A stretch of 57,312 nucleotides of DNA, from positions 1 through 57,312 of the forward strand of contig CAXGAI010000030.1 in the NCBI GenBank assembly GCA_964007735.1. Reading direction: 5' to 3'. Made by a program: the position numbers and the translations under genes. This document shows positions 18,683-29,565 of the stretch, in pieces. The notes below the pieces were generated by a model, which worked only from the letters and a program-made list of their open reading frames with translations, was not told where the DNA came from and did not search any database. This DNA comes from an uncultured Rhodopirellula sp. (GTDB lineage: Bacteria; Planctomycetota; Planctomycetia; Pirellulales; Pirellulaceae). Each line of letters begins with the position of its first letter. Position 1 is the stretch's first letter.

Positions 18683-20071
18683 TTACGTAGTAGTTTCAGA
18701 AGCCAAATCTGCTTCAAGAAAACTCTTACCCCAATATATCTTTGCGACACCTATAAAAAGAACACCTGCGAGTAAGACCAGCCCGGTGAAAAACCAGTAA
18801 TAATCTGGCCCCGGTAGAAGACTTGTCCCGTCCTCATTGGTTATTAAAGCGTTCGTGATTGCAGTAACCGCATTTCCCAAAGCGATACAACTTAAATACA
18901 CTGCCATTACAAGTGATTTGGACGACTTCGGTGATTGAGAATAAGCAAATTCTAGCGCAGTTATCGAAATCATAATTTCTGCGGCCGTGATCAGGATGTA
19001 GGGACAAACCTGCCACAAGATGTTGAGTGTATTGCCTGATTTTAATTCCGCCTCAATAAGCGCACTGCATGTAAAGGCCCCTGCCGTCACGAAAAAACCA
19101 AAACCCATCTTACGTAACGGAGTAAGGCCAAATACTTTGTGCAGCAGCGGATAAATACCGTAGGTAAACAGGGGGATGAAGCACAAAACTAAAATCGGGT
19201 TGAGCGACTGCATTTGATCAGGGAGTATAGTGATTCCCCACGCCTCACCGTCCATTTTTTTCGCCTGGGATACCCACTTCGAAGCGGTCTGATCAAAACA
19301 GCTAAAAAATATTGACGTCAAAAGAAACACTGGCAGAAGGGACGTAAGTGCCCTACCCCCTTCTTTGCTAAAGGTCTCACTAAAAAAGTGCTCGCGCCTC
19401 GGCGGTACATGGATGAAGTGCTTGCGACCCACCCAAAACATGAGGGTTGCAACAAACATCAGGACGCCAGGGATGCCGAATGCAATTGCTCCCCCAAACT
19501 CATCAACCGTAGCACGTAGGATAATCGGGGTTAGTAACATCGAAACGGTCGCACCGACGTTGATTGAAAAGTAAAACCAACCGAAGACTTTCGGGAGCAA
19601 GGCCTGATTGGAGGCACCAAATTGATCTCCGACGTGTGCCGACACACATGGCTTGATACCACCGGCGCCAACGGCTATTAGGCCCAATCCGCAAGCCATT
19701 CCCCAAACACTTTCGTCTATAGCAAGTACGAAGTGCCCGGCGCAATATACGACAGATAAAACCAAAATAGTCCTGTATTTTCCAAATAGCCAGTCGGCTG
19801 CCAACGCGCCAAGAAAAGGAAGAATATACACGGCCACATTGAACCAGTGAATCCATTGCGTTGCCAAAGCCTCTGCCTGGGTTTCCGTAAAGTTTTCGCC
19901 CGTGTCTGCAAACTCGGTCTTCATAAAGACGTGAGTTGTAAGAAAGACCATCAAGATTGATTTCATACCATAAAAACTAAAACGTTCAGCTGCTTCGTTG
20001 CCAACGATATATGGAATGCCAGTCGGCATGCCTTGTATGTCATCCGGTGTTGATCTGTATGAGTTGGGCAT
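18683..20071 (-). CDS. POT/PTR family proton-dependent oligopeptide transporter
   Basis: NEAAERFSFYGM (ExxERFxYY-like), GGIKP, FYFSINVG. Start placed at MPNSY; the ORF extends to 20107. Confidence 0.92.
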   Translation of the reverse strand: MPNSYRSTPDDIQGMPTGIPYIVGNEAAERFSFYGMKSILMVFLTTHVFMKTEFADTGENFTETQAEALATQWIHWFNVAVYILPFLGALAADWLFGKYRTILVLSVVYCAGHFVLAIDESVWGMACGLGLIAVGAGGIKPCVSAHVGDQFGASNQALLPKVFGWFYFSINVGATVSMLLTPIILRATVDEFGGAIAFGIPGVLMFVATLMFWVGRKHFIHVPPRREHFFSETFSKEGGRALTSLLPVFLLTSIFFSCFDQTASKWVSQAKKMDGEAWGITILPDQMQSLNPILVLCFIPLFTYGIYPLLHKVFGLTPLRKMGFGFFVTAGAFTCSALIEAELKSGNTLNILWQVCPYILITAAEIMISITALEFAYSQSPKSSKSLVMAVYLSCIALGNAVTAITNALITNEDGTSLLPGPDYYWFFTGLVLLAGVLFIGVAKIYWGKSFLEADLASETTT

Positions 20072-20164
20072 GATGTTATTCCAATTACGTAGCAAGGTTT
20101 TTATCACCCTCTATTTCAGCCGGTGGTATAGTTGATAATAAGACAACTAAGATCCCCCGCCGTG

Positions 20165-22738
20165 TTATTTTACTTCCCCCAGAAGTTCGCCTAATAGAGG
20201 GGTAAAACCTCGCGCATTATCGTCGAAATCCTCAATCATAAACTCTGTAATTCCGTGCTGATACAAGAGTAAATCGGTGGAAGGAACCTGAGAATTGCTC
20301 CAGTTCACCCTGTTTATTGAATTATTCATGTGGAACCACACAGGTGCATCGCCATTTTCGCGAGAGTTATAAAGGTCTACAAAGGTCTCTTGTTTCGATA
20401 GGTCCAGCTCTAATTGGTCGCGTCGTTCGAGCACCACCGCTGCTTTATCAATAGCAGAGTTATTCGCAACCAGAAGGAACGGTACCAAGGCATCTAGTTG
20501 CGATTGTTCAAGTTCAATGAGGGGCTTCCCTAGATCAGTGACAAGCACGCTGTCCTGGAATGACAGACTTAAGGGCGTTTGGCCCGTGTCGTCTAGGTTT
20601 TTGATTCCAATCGCACCCGCTCCACAGTACGCTGTGACGTTCGTAAGTTCCAGACGAGTTTCGAATGCTTTATTAGTTGGAATCTTATGGTCGAGCATCC
20701 GTCCGCTGGAAATTAAGAGTGAATTCCTTACATTCAAGTTAACAGGAGTCGTGCCGGAACTTGAAATGAGGGTGGCCGAACCTCGCACAAGGGAATTGTT
20801 AATTTCCAGTGAGGAGATTTGCGGGGTTGATAGCGGTTCCGCATTTGTCGCCCCTTCGTTGATGTACAGGTCCATAAAGTTGAAAATCGATATCGGTCCG
20901 ATTGGACTGCTAAAATTGGGAGTTGATGGTAGGACGGTGAGGCTGCAATTGGAAAAGCTGATTTCTGTCGCGCGGTCTATCGCGAATAAACGCCAGCTTT
21001 GTCGGAATTCTTCGGGCATCTGAAACCGAAGATCTAATCTGTCGAATAGTAGGCGACCTCCTGTAACGGTAATAAATACAGGATCAATGGTCTGTAATGC
21101 GCTTTCGGTGAGTTCGACAGTAATAACGGGCCTGCTGTTGTTACCCCCTTGGATGGTTAGAGGGTGATCTAGCCAGTTATCGAGGTCAAGTTGCAGATTA
21201 TCAAACGCGATGAAAGCATCGTCCCAAATCTCTATGACACCTATCTGGGAGTCCTGTTCTAACAGCGATAAAGCTCGGGACAGTGAGGCGACAGCTACAA
21301 ATCCGTCTGGAAGCGTCGTCATGGGCTTGCCTACGACTACCGTTTGTAGCTCGGCGGGTTTCAGCGCGTTTGCATCCCGATCGGGTGACGCGAGGGACGG
21401 CGTCATTGGACCCTCGACAGCCTGTTCTCCCGGATTCTGGTTAGCTGTATCGGAGTTAGGAACCGCCGCCGGGGTCACGTACGGCACCGTCCTGAAGGTT
21501 GGTAAAGCCATCATGACTTCGGTATTTTTCGGAGCCAAAATATCTAGGCCAAAAGAAAACATTAGCAGACAAGCGACGGGTAGGGCCAGGCTTAGTTGTT
21601 TGAGCCAATTAAAGCGCGCGGGGGGCAAGGGTGATTCCCATTCCCTACCATCACCTTTAATGTTTAGCCCCAGTTGCTCGGCGAGATATAGGACATCGAC
21701 GATAATATCTCGAGGCTCTTGATAACGATCTTGCGGACGTTTTGAGAGCATTTTGTGAAGGATACTAACAGATCCATCGTCAAGGTCATTTCTGTATAAC
21801 TGCGGGTTCGGCGGGGGATCACTACTGTGGCTCAGCAGCTTCTGGAGGACCGTGCCGGTAGGATACGGAGCTAGTCCAGTCAGCATGTAATACAAAGTAC
21901 AACCCAAAGAGTAAATATCGCTTCGAACATCCGTGGTACGCGGGTCTCGCGCCTGCTCTGGTGAAATGTAGTCGAACGTGCCTAACGTAACGCCTGATGC
22001 TGTTACATCACTGTCGTCGTTTTCGACTTGGTGTAAGCGCGCCAGGCCCATGTCTACGAGCTTAGCCGTTCCTTCGCTAGTCACTAATATATTCGACGGT
22101 TTGATATCCCTGTGGACAACGTCGCGTTTAGAGGCATGCACTAAGGCATCAGTAATCTGCAGTACGTAAGACCACGACTCGTCGAGAGGTAACGGCCCCT
22201 TATGTTCCACGAGGTCACGGATATTGACGCCATTGATGTACTCAAAAACTATAAAATGCCACCCTCGATCTTCTCCCACGTAATAGACGCGAGCAATATT
22301 CGGGTGATCAAGGCGTGCGGCACTTTGTGCTTCCTTAGTAAACCTCCGCAGTGAGTCCGCGTCAGTCCTGTTTTGCGCCAATACCTTAACAGCAACGGTC
22401 CTGCCTAATTTATTGTCGGTGGCACGAAACACTGCTCCCATGCCACCCTTTCCGACGAACTCTTCGAGTAGAAAGTGTTCGAGTTGAGTGCCAACGAGTC
22501 GTTCGCCCACCAACTGGTCGGTAGTTGCGGACGCCTGCTGAATGTTAGTTGGTTGTTTGCTGATGACCGTTTTTTGATGTTCCACGCTCAAAACGGGTTC
22601 CGGAATGGACTCCCTTACCGCATATTGCGTGGTTTCGGTTTCATCCGTCTTATGTTTGCTTTTCGCGCGCGAGTACGCTGTTGATTGCTCACCCTCTTCA
22701 GGTCGTGGGTGGGACGGTTCATCGGATGGGCTGGGCAA
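20165..22738 (-). CDS. Hanks-type Ser/Thr protein kinase with a TM helix and extracytoplasmic beta-helix-like domain
   Basis: GKGGMGAVF, VAVK, HRDIKPSN, DMGLAR, GTFDYISPEQ, SDIYSLG, followed by a hydrophobic segment. Confidence 0.92.
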   Translation of the reverse strand: MPSPSDEPSHPRPEEGEQSTAYSRAKSKHKTDETETTQYAVRESIPEPVLSVEHQKTVISKQPTNIQQASATTDQLVGERLVGTQLEHFLLEEFVGKGGMGAVFRATDNKLGRTVAVKVLAQNRTDADSLRRFTKEAQSAARLDHPNIARVYYVGEDRGWHFIVFEYINGVNIRDLVEHKGPLPLDESWSYVLQITDALVHASKRDVVHRDIKPSNILVTSEGTAKLVDMGLARLHQVENDDSDVTASGVTLGTFDYISPEQARDPRTTDVRSDIYSLGCTLYYMLTGLAPYPTGTVLQKLLSHSSDPPPNPQLYRNDLDDGSVSILHKMLSKRPQDRYQEPRDIIVDVLYLAEQLGLNIKGDGREWESPLPPARFNWLKQLSLALPVACLLMFSFGLDILAPKNTEVMMALPTFRTVPYVTPAAVPNSDTANQNPGEQAVEGPMTPSLASPDRDANALKPAELQTVVVGKPMTTLPDGFVAVASLSRALSLLEQDSQIGVIEIWDDAFIAFDNLQLDLDNWLDHPLTIQGGNNSRPVITVELTESALQTIDPVFITVTGGRLLFDRLDLRFQMPEEFRQSWRLFAIDRATEISFSNCSLTVLPSTPNFSSPIGPISIFNFMDLYINEGATNAEPLSTPQISSLEINNSLVRGSATLISSSGTTPVNLNVRNSLLISSGRMLDHKIPTNKAFETRLELTNVTAYCGAGAIGIKNLDDTGQTPLSLSFQDSVLVTDLGKPLIELEQSQLDALVPFLLVANNSAIDKAAVVLERRDQLELDLSKQETFVDLYNSRENGDAPVWFHMNNSINRVNWSNSQVPSTDLLLYQHGITEFMIEDFDDNARGFTPLLGELLGEVK

Positions 22739-22820
22739 AGCGACTGCTCGGTAAGCGACAATAATAAATAAGAAAAGCTAATACTATTTTCGTTAGTGTA
22801 GCTTGCGAGGTCAACACCTT

Positions 22821-24188
22821 CTAAGGGTTAACATCGCGCCGTACCGGTGGTTGCCACGGGACCGCCCCGCCTCGTTGCATTTGCAAACGAAGTGATTTCG
22901 ACAACTCATTAAATTTTCCGGGGTTTTCTTGAGCAAGATTGCGCTTTTCATATGGATCATCTTTAAGATTGTATAATTCCATTTTTGCAAAGGGGCTATT
23001 GCGTAGGAGTTTCCAATCGCCGCGGATCAAAGCATTGGTGACGTAGCCCTGGTATCGTAGGTTTCCTTCTCGACGGTGAAAATATAGATCGCGCTCGTAG
23101 TTGTCCTGCTTTTCACCGCGAAGAACCGGAGCAAGGGAGATCCCATCGATCTCATGTTGGATGTCAACTCCGGCTATTTCACAAAGCGTTGGGTAAAGGT
23201 CCATGGTTAGACCCCGCTGATGAGTGACTGTACCCGGCTTGATCATGCGCGGCCAACGCAACGCCGTATTCACCCGTATCCCTCCTTCGTACATACTTTG
23301 TTTTCCGTCTCGGTAATCACCATTTCGCCCCCCTACATTGAGTTGGCCTCCATTATCAGAGGTGAATACCACGACGGTGTTTTGTGTTTGGTTATTCTTA
23401 TCCAGGTTTTCGAGGATCGCCCCTATCGCGTGATCAAGGTGTTCGATTAAGGCAACGAGCCGAGCACGAGGCGCTTCCATCTCAGGGGCGCGTTGCCGAA
23501 CCTTATTAAGCCATTCGTTGGGTGGCTGGATGGGAGTATGCGGAGCGTTATAGGACAAGAATAAGAAGAAGGGGGTATTTTCTTTGGCCCGAGCGTCAAG
23601 GTAGTCGCACGCCCACGATGTAAAGAGATCGGTGGCATGCCCTTGAGGGTGAATGGGTTCTTCATTCAGACGCATATAATTGATGCCATGTCGTTCATGC
23701 TTATAATAGTCATCCATCATATCTCCAAGCCAACCATGAAAATAATCAAAGCCACGATTGTTTGGCCAGTGTTCCGAGGTCAAACCGAGATGCCATTTTC
23801 CAATTAGCGCGGTAGAATAGCCGCCATCTCGTAAGATGTCACCGATCGTGACAATATCTTTGCTAAGATAACCCCAGCTGTCTTGTGGGTAGGTGCGTAC
23901 GACGCCCGGAACCCCTACGAGTTCCGGATACCGTCCACTAACAAAGGACGCACGACTCGGGGAACAGACAGGACAATTTGCATAAAAGTTAGTGAATTTA
24001 ATGCCGTCGTTCACAATGGAATCGATTGACGGAGTCTTTAAATCAGTTGCGCCGTAACTGGATGAGTCAGCGTACCCCAAATCGTCGACCATAATGACAA
24101 GGATATTAGGCCTTTCAATTTCTTTAGCCTGAGTAGCGCTCGTTAGTATCCCAATCATCGCGAATAGGGTGAGCCCAAGTTTGTACAT
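22821..24188 (-). CDS. Arylsulfatase (sulfatase family)
   Basis: RPNILVIMVDDLG, CSPSRAS, GKWHLG, NAPHTP, SDNGG. Start moved to the ATG at 24188 (signal peptide), which removes the rsgA overlap. Confidence 0.92.
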   Translation of the reverse strand: MYKLGLTLFAMIGILTSATQAKEIERPNILVIMVDDLGYADSSSYGATDLKTPSIDSIVNDGIKFTNFYANCPVCSPSRASFVSGRYPELVGVPGVVRTYPQDSWGYLSKDIVTIGDILRDGGYSTALIGKWHLGLTSEHWPNNRGFDYFHGWLGDMMDDYYKHERHGINYMRLNEEPIHPQGHATDLFTSWACDYLDARAKENTPFFLFLSYNAPHTPIQPPNEWLNKVRQRAPEMEAPRARLVALIEHLDHAIGAILENLDKNNQTQNTVVVFTSDNGGQLNVGGRNGDYRDGKQSMYEGGIRVNTALRWPRMIKPGTVTHQRGLTMDLYPTLCEIAGVDIQHEIDGISLAPVLRGEKQDNYERDLYFHRREGNLRYQGYVTNALIRGDWKLLRNSPFAKMELYNLKDDPYEKRNLAQENPGKFNELSKSLRLQMQRGGAVPWQPPVRRDVNP

Positions 24189-24213
24189 GGTGGCAAATAT
24201 CCTTAAACAAGGT

Positions 24214-25359
24214 TCATAAATCAGTTTGTATCTGACAATAACTTTCATATCGCCGTAAATCCAATAGCCCATCGGCTACCGCCTGTTTCACCCCGCATGG
24301 AAATTCGTGCAAGTGCGTACAATCGGGAAACTTGCAATTATTGACGAACGGACGGATATCTCGGAAAAACCCTGCCACCTCTTCGGCAATCACATCCCAA
24401 AGCTGAAATTGTCTGATTCCAGGCGTGTCAACAATATACCCGCCCTGCTCAAGGGGGATTAAAGTCGCCGCGGTGGTGGTGTGCCGGCCTTTTTGGTTAT
24501 CCCGGCTCACAGTGTTTGTGCGTAGATTAAGTGAAGGCTGTATCCGATTAAGGAGCGACGACTTGCCTACACCAGATTGTCCGACGACAACGTTTTGCTT
24601 ACCCTTTACAACTGATTTCAATTGTGAAATCCCCTGCCCTGTTTCCACAGAGGTAAAGAGGATTGTGTAGCCAAGTTGACCATAGACACCAGCGAGGGGT
24701 TGCAGTTCGGCCAAATCAATGAGATCAACTTTGTTAAAACAAATGATTGGATGGCAGCCGACTTTTTCTGCAGTAACTAGAAAACGGTCAATGAGATTGG
24801 GCTTTATTTCCGGTTCAAGAACACTGATGACGATCACTAACTGATCAACATTAGCTACCATCACATGCTGCTGTCCTTTACTCGTGCGACTTATGCAGCC
24901 GTATCGAGGTTCAATTCGGACAATCATCCCCTCATTCAGGTCACCTGCATCAGTTGTCAACTCTGGGCGAACAAAAACCAAGTCACCAGCTGCGACGACA
25001 TTTCGCTGATCTGTGGTGAGATTTTTAAGTAGTCCACGGACAGTACATCGGTATGTTTTGCTGTCTTCAGCCGTGACAAGACATTCTAGTCCGTGCACGC
25101 TGAGCACTCGGCCGCGGATGCATCGGGATTCGTCGATTTCCAACTGAAGTTGGATTGCATCATGTTCTTCCGACACCGCCGTCCCAATGACGGTCCGGTG
25201 CCGCGTCAACTCGCCTTTGCCGCTCAGTCGCTCATCGTTTAAGGTATGGCCTTCCTTGAAACCGTGCTCTCTATATTCTCGCGTCAAGTCACCTTTTCGT
25301 TGCCGGCCCTGGTGACCCTTTTTGAGTTGCGTCCTGACTTTACGAGAATTCTTATTCAC
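24214..25359 (-). CDS. rsgA: Small ribosomal subunit biogenesis GTPase RsgA
   Basis: Circularly permuted GTPase motifs NKVD, GQSGVGKSS, GRHTTT, DTPGIR, plus the CKFPDCTHLHEFPC zinc finger. Confidence 0.95.
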   Translation of the reverse strand: MNKNSRKVRTQLKKGHQGRQRKGDLTREYREHGFKEGHTLNDERLSGKGELTRHRTVIGTAVSEEHDAIQLQLEIDESRCIRGRVLSVHGLECLVTAEDSKTYRCTVRGLLKNLTTDQRNVVAAGDLVFVRPELTTDAGDLNEGMIVRIEPRYGCISRTSKGQQHVMVANVDQLVIVISVLEPEIKPNLIDRFLVTAEKVGCHPIICFNKVDLIDLAELQPLAGVYGQLGYTILFTSVETGQGISQLKSVVKGKQNVVVGQSGVGKSSLLNRIQPSLNLRTNTVSRDNQKGRHTTTAATLIPLEQGGYIVDTPGIRQFQLWDVIAEEVAGFFRDIRPFVNNCKFPDCTHLHEFPCGVKQAVADGLLDLRRYESYCQIQTDL

Positions 25360-25386
25360 TGTTCGGCATTTTGCTTAAGACGCACC

Positions 25387-27525
25387 CTAGTAGTTCCCGC
25401 CGGGTACTTCGTCATCATCGCTGTTAGACTCGTTTATTTGCTGGGATGCGATAGCCCCTGATTCCTCCAGTGCACTTCCCTCTAATGCATCCGATTCGCC
25501 AGCTACTGCGCCGGGCATCGTGGAGTTATCCGGGGCCGATGGTAACGCTTCTTCAGTGTCAGCTTCAGGCGTGGGGTGAACGGAGGGGCCAATAGTGTCG
25601 GCTATTTGGACTTCGGACAACTCTTCTTCAGCTACTAGTCTTGCAGTAAGGCTCTCTAGTTCGTCACGATATTCAACCAATAGATTGTTTGCCCGACTTT
25701 CGGCATCATGGAGTAAAGCCGATACTTCGCTATCAATTACTTCCATGGTGTGTTCACTAAACTGTCGTTGTTCGTGCATTTCACGGCCCAGAAAAGGATC
25801 TTCGTCGGAAAGTTTATAGCTCACCGGTCCTAGTTTCTCACTCATTCCCCATCGGGTGACCATGCGACGAGCTGTCGAAGTGGCGCGTTCAAGATCATTT
25901 TCGGCGCCAACGGCCGTTTCGTCATAGATTAACGTTTCAGCTGCTCGCCCCGCTAATAATACAACCAAGTGATCTTTTAGTTGGGTTTCGGACATAGAGA
26001 CACGATCTTCCTCCGGTAACATCTGAGTGGAACCAAGCGAACGCCCGCGTGGGATAATCGTCACCTTGTGAACACGGTCGGCCCCTTTCAAAAACCAGGA
26101 GGCTAAAGTATGCCCAGCTTCATGATAGGCAGTTTTCTCCTTGTCATCAGCGGTTAAGTGTTCCTCTCGCTTCGCCCCCATTAGGATCTTGTCACGGGCG
26201 TAATCGAAATCGTCCATTTCCACGCAGTTCTTATCGTGCCGGGCGGCCCATAAAGCGGCCTCATTCACCATATTGCGTATGTCCGCGCCGGTTAGCCCCA
26301 CAGTCCCTGCGGCCAATCGCAGCAAATCGACATCGTCGGCGAGCGGTACGTGCCTAACATGCACTTTAAAGATGTCCCTACGTCCTTTTTGCGTTGGTTT
26401 CCCAACAGTCACGTGACGGTCGAATCTCCCAGGTCTTAAGAGTGCTGGGTCTAAAACATCAGGTCTGTTGGTAGCCGCGACGACGATCACCGAGTCGTTA
26501 GTCGAGAACCCATCCATCTCACCAAGGATTTGATTAAGGGTTTGTTCACGCTCATCGTGACCTCCACCAACACCGGCACCCCTTTGTCGACCGACGGCAT
26601 CTATTTCATCGATGAAAATGATGGCCGGTGAAGATTCCTTAGCCTGCTGGAATAGATCCCGTACGCGGCTTGCGCCAACGCCAACGAACATTTGTATAAA
26701 TTCAGAGCCGTTAATGGAGTAGAACGGAACACCTGCTTCCCCAGCCACGGCTCTGGCTAACAGTGTCTTTCCAGTACCGGGTGGTCCATTGAGAAGTACT
26801 CCCTTGGGCACCCTCCCCCCAAGCCTTTGAAACTTATCGGGGCTAGATAAAAATTCTACAATCTCTTGCAAATCAGATTTAGCTGCTTTTTGTCCGGCAA
26901 CATCTTTGAATGTTATGGGCTCTTCTTCCTGATCATAACGCTTGGCATTACTCTTTCCGAAACCGGATAGAAATCCGCCACCCATAAACTGGTTCTGACT
27001 TCGGCGATACGAAATCCAAAAGAAAATGAGGATCGCAATTGGAAGCATGATCGCGATGAACATGATGATCGATGCGGTGCCATCCTGAGGACTATACTGA
27101 TAAGGTATCTTCGCGAATTGCTGATCTTTTCCTTCGCCATCGAGTAGTGTTTTCAGATCGCTCGTACCCTCGGCGTCAGGAATCACGACCTGCACGACGT
27201 CGACTTCAGTCTCAACCTTAGAACCTATCGGCAGTACTTTGATGGGGTTACTTTCATCTTTCTTAAACTTGATAACCGCCTGATTGGTTTGCTGATCGAT
27301 AGTGACTAGCTCAATCGCATCGCGTCCAACAATATCTCTGGCACGGTTCCCCGGTTTCGCTGGAATACTTAGCCAGGTTTCCAAGTCACTATACTTTGCA
27401 ACGGGTGGCTGGTTAGCAGAGTTGAAAATAAACAACAGCAACAGAAAAAAGAGTAAGAATATCCAGATGCGGTTGGTCCCGCTCTTCTGAGGCTCTGTTG
27501 GTCGATCTTGAGGTGTTTTATCCAT
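25387..27525 (-). CDS. ftsH: ATP-dependent zinc metalloprotease FtsH
   Basis: Two TM helices, [39 protein letters not shown]. The ORF extends to 27567. Confidence 0.96.
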   Translation of the reverse strand: MDKTPQDRPTEPQKSGTNRIWIFLLFFLLLLFIFNSANQPPVAKYSDLETWLSIPAKPGNRARDIVGRDAIELVTIDQQTNQAVIKFKKDESNPIKVLPIGSKVETEVDVVQVVIPDAEGTSDLKTLLDGEGKDQQFAKIPYQYSPQDGTASIIMFIAIMLPIAILIFFWISYRRSQNQFMGGGFLSGFGKSNAKRYDQEEEPITFKDVAGQKAAKSDLQEIVEFLSSPDKFQRLGGRVPKGVLLNGPPGTGKTLLARAVAGEAGVPFYSINGSEFIQMFVGVGASRVRDLFQQAKESSPAIIFIDEIDAVGRQRGAGVGGGHDEREQTLNQILGEMDGFSTNDSVIVVAATNRPDVLDPALLRPGRFDRHVTVGKPTQKGRRDIFKVHVRHVPLADDVDLLRLAAGTVGLTGADIRNMVNEAALWAARHDKNCVEMDDFDYARDKILMGAKREEHLTADDKEKTAYHEAGHTLASWFLKGADRVHKVTIIPRGRSLGSTQMLPEEDRVSMSETQLKDHLVVLLAGRAAETLIYDETAVGAENDLERATSTARRMVTRWGMSEKLGPVSYKLSDEDPFLGREMHEQRQFSEHTMEVIDSEVSALLHDAESRANNLLVEYRDELESLTARLVAEEELSEVQIADTIGPSVHPTPEADTEEALPSAPDNSTMPGAVAGESDALEGSALEESGAIASQQINESNSDDDEVPGGNY

Positions 27526-27684
27526 GCGTGCTCTAAAGGTATGAATAATCTGGTGGACAATAGTCAAATTATCGTTTGACTAGGAACCGATCTACATCAT
27601 GACATTGATTATATTATTATATGAAAGTCGTGATTCGCCAATGCTCGAACGCAAAAGGGCTAAGCAAAATGTCCCCGGATGGTA

Positions 27685-29022
27685 TTAGTCCATCCCGGCA
27701 TCGGTCTTCGTACGGTAAGCATTTTTAAGAAAGTCACTGGGTAAAACGTACCTCGCATTGAAATCAGGTGTTAGCGTTGTGCGACTGGGGGTCGGCGGTG
27801 AAAAGACTTTAAGCAACCGGTTACTAAGAGGATCTAGCGGTAGGTCTTCGAAGTCGTTGGAGAGCGGTACATCTTTAAAGTCTGCCTGCTTTAACATCTT
27901 TTTAGAGAGAGTTGTTTCTGTCAGCATTGGGGATCGAAGCATGATCTCGCTGCCAGTTAGCGATTCGTCCTCTGTTCCGCCGATTCGTATTTCGGCTGGG
28001 GGCCCGGGGATAGGCACTCTTTGCGACTGCAAATTGGGGTTTGTCGACATGTCCCCCGCCTTGAAAATAATCGGCGAATGACGAAACGCGTCCGGCGCTG
28101 TCGAATCGGCCTTGGGGCTGGTTTGAGTCACGAGCTTCGCCCAGTTGACCAGTCGTTCAACGGCGAGTTTGTCCCCGACGGTTAATTTGGCGATTTTTAG
28201 ACCCCCATGAGCCGTCAATGCCTTTGTTAGTAAATGGCTTTTCTTAGGCGGTTTTGGTTCAAGCCTATTTAGCGTATTGAAAAGATTCCTGTAAGAAATA
28301 CCCCGAGGTATTGTTTTAGTCCATCTGGATTCTATTAATTGAAATTTAGAACGGGGATGAGGCCCGTGACAGCCGGCAAGAGCGCATTTGTTGAGGAGTA
28401 ATGGTTGGACATGGTTGACGAACGATTTGATCACAGCTGGATTCAGTTGTTCTATCTTTTGTTCGATAACATCATTAGAGTCCAGCTCTTGGAGGTCGAC
28501 GATCATTCCGCCGGAGGACTTTGGTTGAGGGCGACTTGCAATCGCCAATCGAGCCTGTACGGCAATTAACCCCGGCTCCCGTGGATTAATTCTAATAGCC
28601 TGTTCTAGATGAAGTTGTGCATAATCGAATAAGTGATTGTTGAGGCACCAACCAGCCATTTCTAAGTGAGCTGATCCCGAGTTATTTACTTTGCTAGCTC
28701 GCCGAAAAGCATAGATCTCGTCAATAGAATCACTAATAAATTCAATTTGATCTTTTCGTAATCGTATAATGCCTCCCCCCTTGAGAGATACTTCGTATCC
28801 GAAGCCGGTAGTAAGATAGTTTCCGCCCAGGATTTGACCGTTGCGTAATAAAAGGATGCCTGATTGCGCTTGCACACTGCTCGACGGAGCTTGTCCTAAG
28901 AGTTGTAAATTCAGTCCTAGTGGTAGGCAAACCAGAATGCATTTAACTGCGATTACGGACAATCTGCGTGGAGACGGAGGATCCCTGTGAGATTTCGGAT
29001 TGTGACAACATAGAAACTTCAT
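27685..29022 (-). CDS. Hypothetical exported protein with a TPR-like segment and CX4CH motif
   Basis: Long ORF filling the intergenic space. FVNHVQPLLLNKCALAGCHG motif. True start uncertain. Confidence 0.65.
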   Translation of the reverse strand: MKFLCCHNPKSHRDPPSPRRLSVIAVKCILVCLPLGLNLQLLGQAPSSSVQAQSGILLLRNGQILGGNYLTTGFGYEVSLKGGGIIRLRKDQIEFISDSIDEIYAFRRASKVNNSGSAHLEMAGWCLNNHLFDYAQLHLEQAIRINPREPGLIAVQARLAIASRPQPKSSGGMIVDLQELDSNDVIEQKIEQLNPAVIKSFVNHVQPLLLNKCALAGCHGPHPRSKFQLIESRWTKTIPRGISYRNLFNTLNRLEPKPPKKSHLLTKALTAHGGLKIAKLTVGDKLAVERLVNWAKLVTQTSPKADSTAPDAFRHSPIIFKAGDMSTNPNLQSQRVPIPGPPAEIRIGGTEDESLTGSEIMLRSPMLTETTLSKKMLKQADFKDVPLSNDFEDLPLDPLSNRLLKVFSPPTPSRTTLTPDFNARYVLPSDFLKNAYRTKTDAGMD

Positions 29023-29196
29023 CCGAGAAGAGTAAGGAAGCGACTATGATCGCGTCAATATCACTACACCCCGTAAAATCCCAACTCCAAACAGCTTATG
29101 CAAAGGATTAAGCGCATTGATTCATTCGCTTTCGACCCTTTTGGTGTCTCGGAAGTAAAAATGTAAAGTAGTGGTAAGTGCCCCCTATGGTTCCGT

Positions 29197-29481
29197 TTGA
29201 ACAACAAACCAATGATACGACGCATAGTAATATATACAGGACGAGTTCAGAGAGTCGGCTTCCGTTGGACGACTAACCAATTGGCCAAAGGATTCGAGGT
29301 CACCGGTTTCATTGAAAATCGAAAGGACGGAACGGTTTACATGGTTGCCGAGGGTAATGAAAGTGTGGTCGATGCTTTCATGGAATCCATTTCTTCCCGA
29401 ATGACAACGAATATTATCGACACGATGCAGTCTGACGGCGTGTTTACAGGTGAATTTGCTAATTTTAGTGTTCATTATTAG
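29197..29481 (+). CDS. acyP: Acylphosphatase
   Basis: GRVQRVGFR (canonical GRVQGVGFR), GFIENRKDGTV, about 90 aa. Confidence 0.85.
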   Translation: MNNKPMIRRIVIYTGRVQRVGFRWTTNQLAKGFEVTGFIENRKDGTVYMVAEGNESVVDAFMESISSRMTTNIIDTMQSDGVFTGEFANFSVHY

Positions 29482-29565
29482 GTGAACATTTGTAGTTGAG
29501 GTGCCGTAACTCCCCAATAACATTTCGAGTCAAAACATCAGCTAAACAGAAACCGAAAATAAGTT

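Noticed and set aside
20517..21722. Long antisense ORFs (168 aa and 170 aa) opposite the Ser/Thr kinase
   Set aside because: No recognisable motifs. They are typical antisense shadows of a coding strand.
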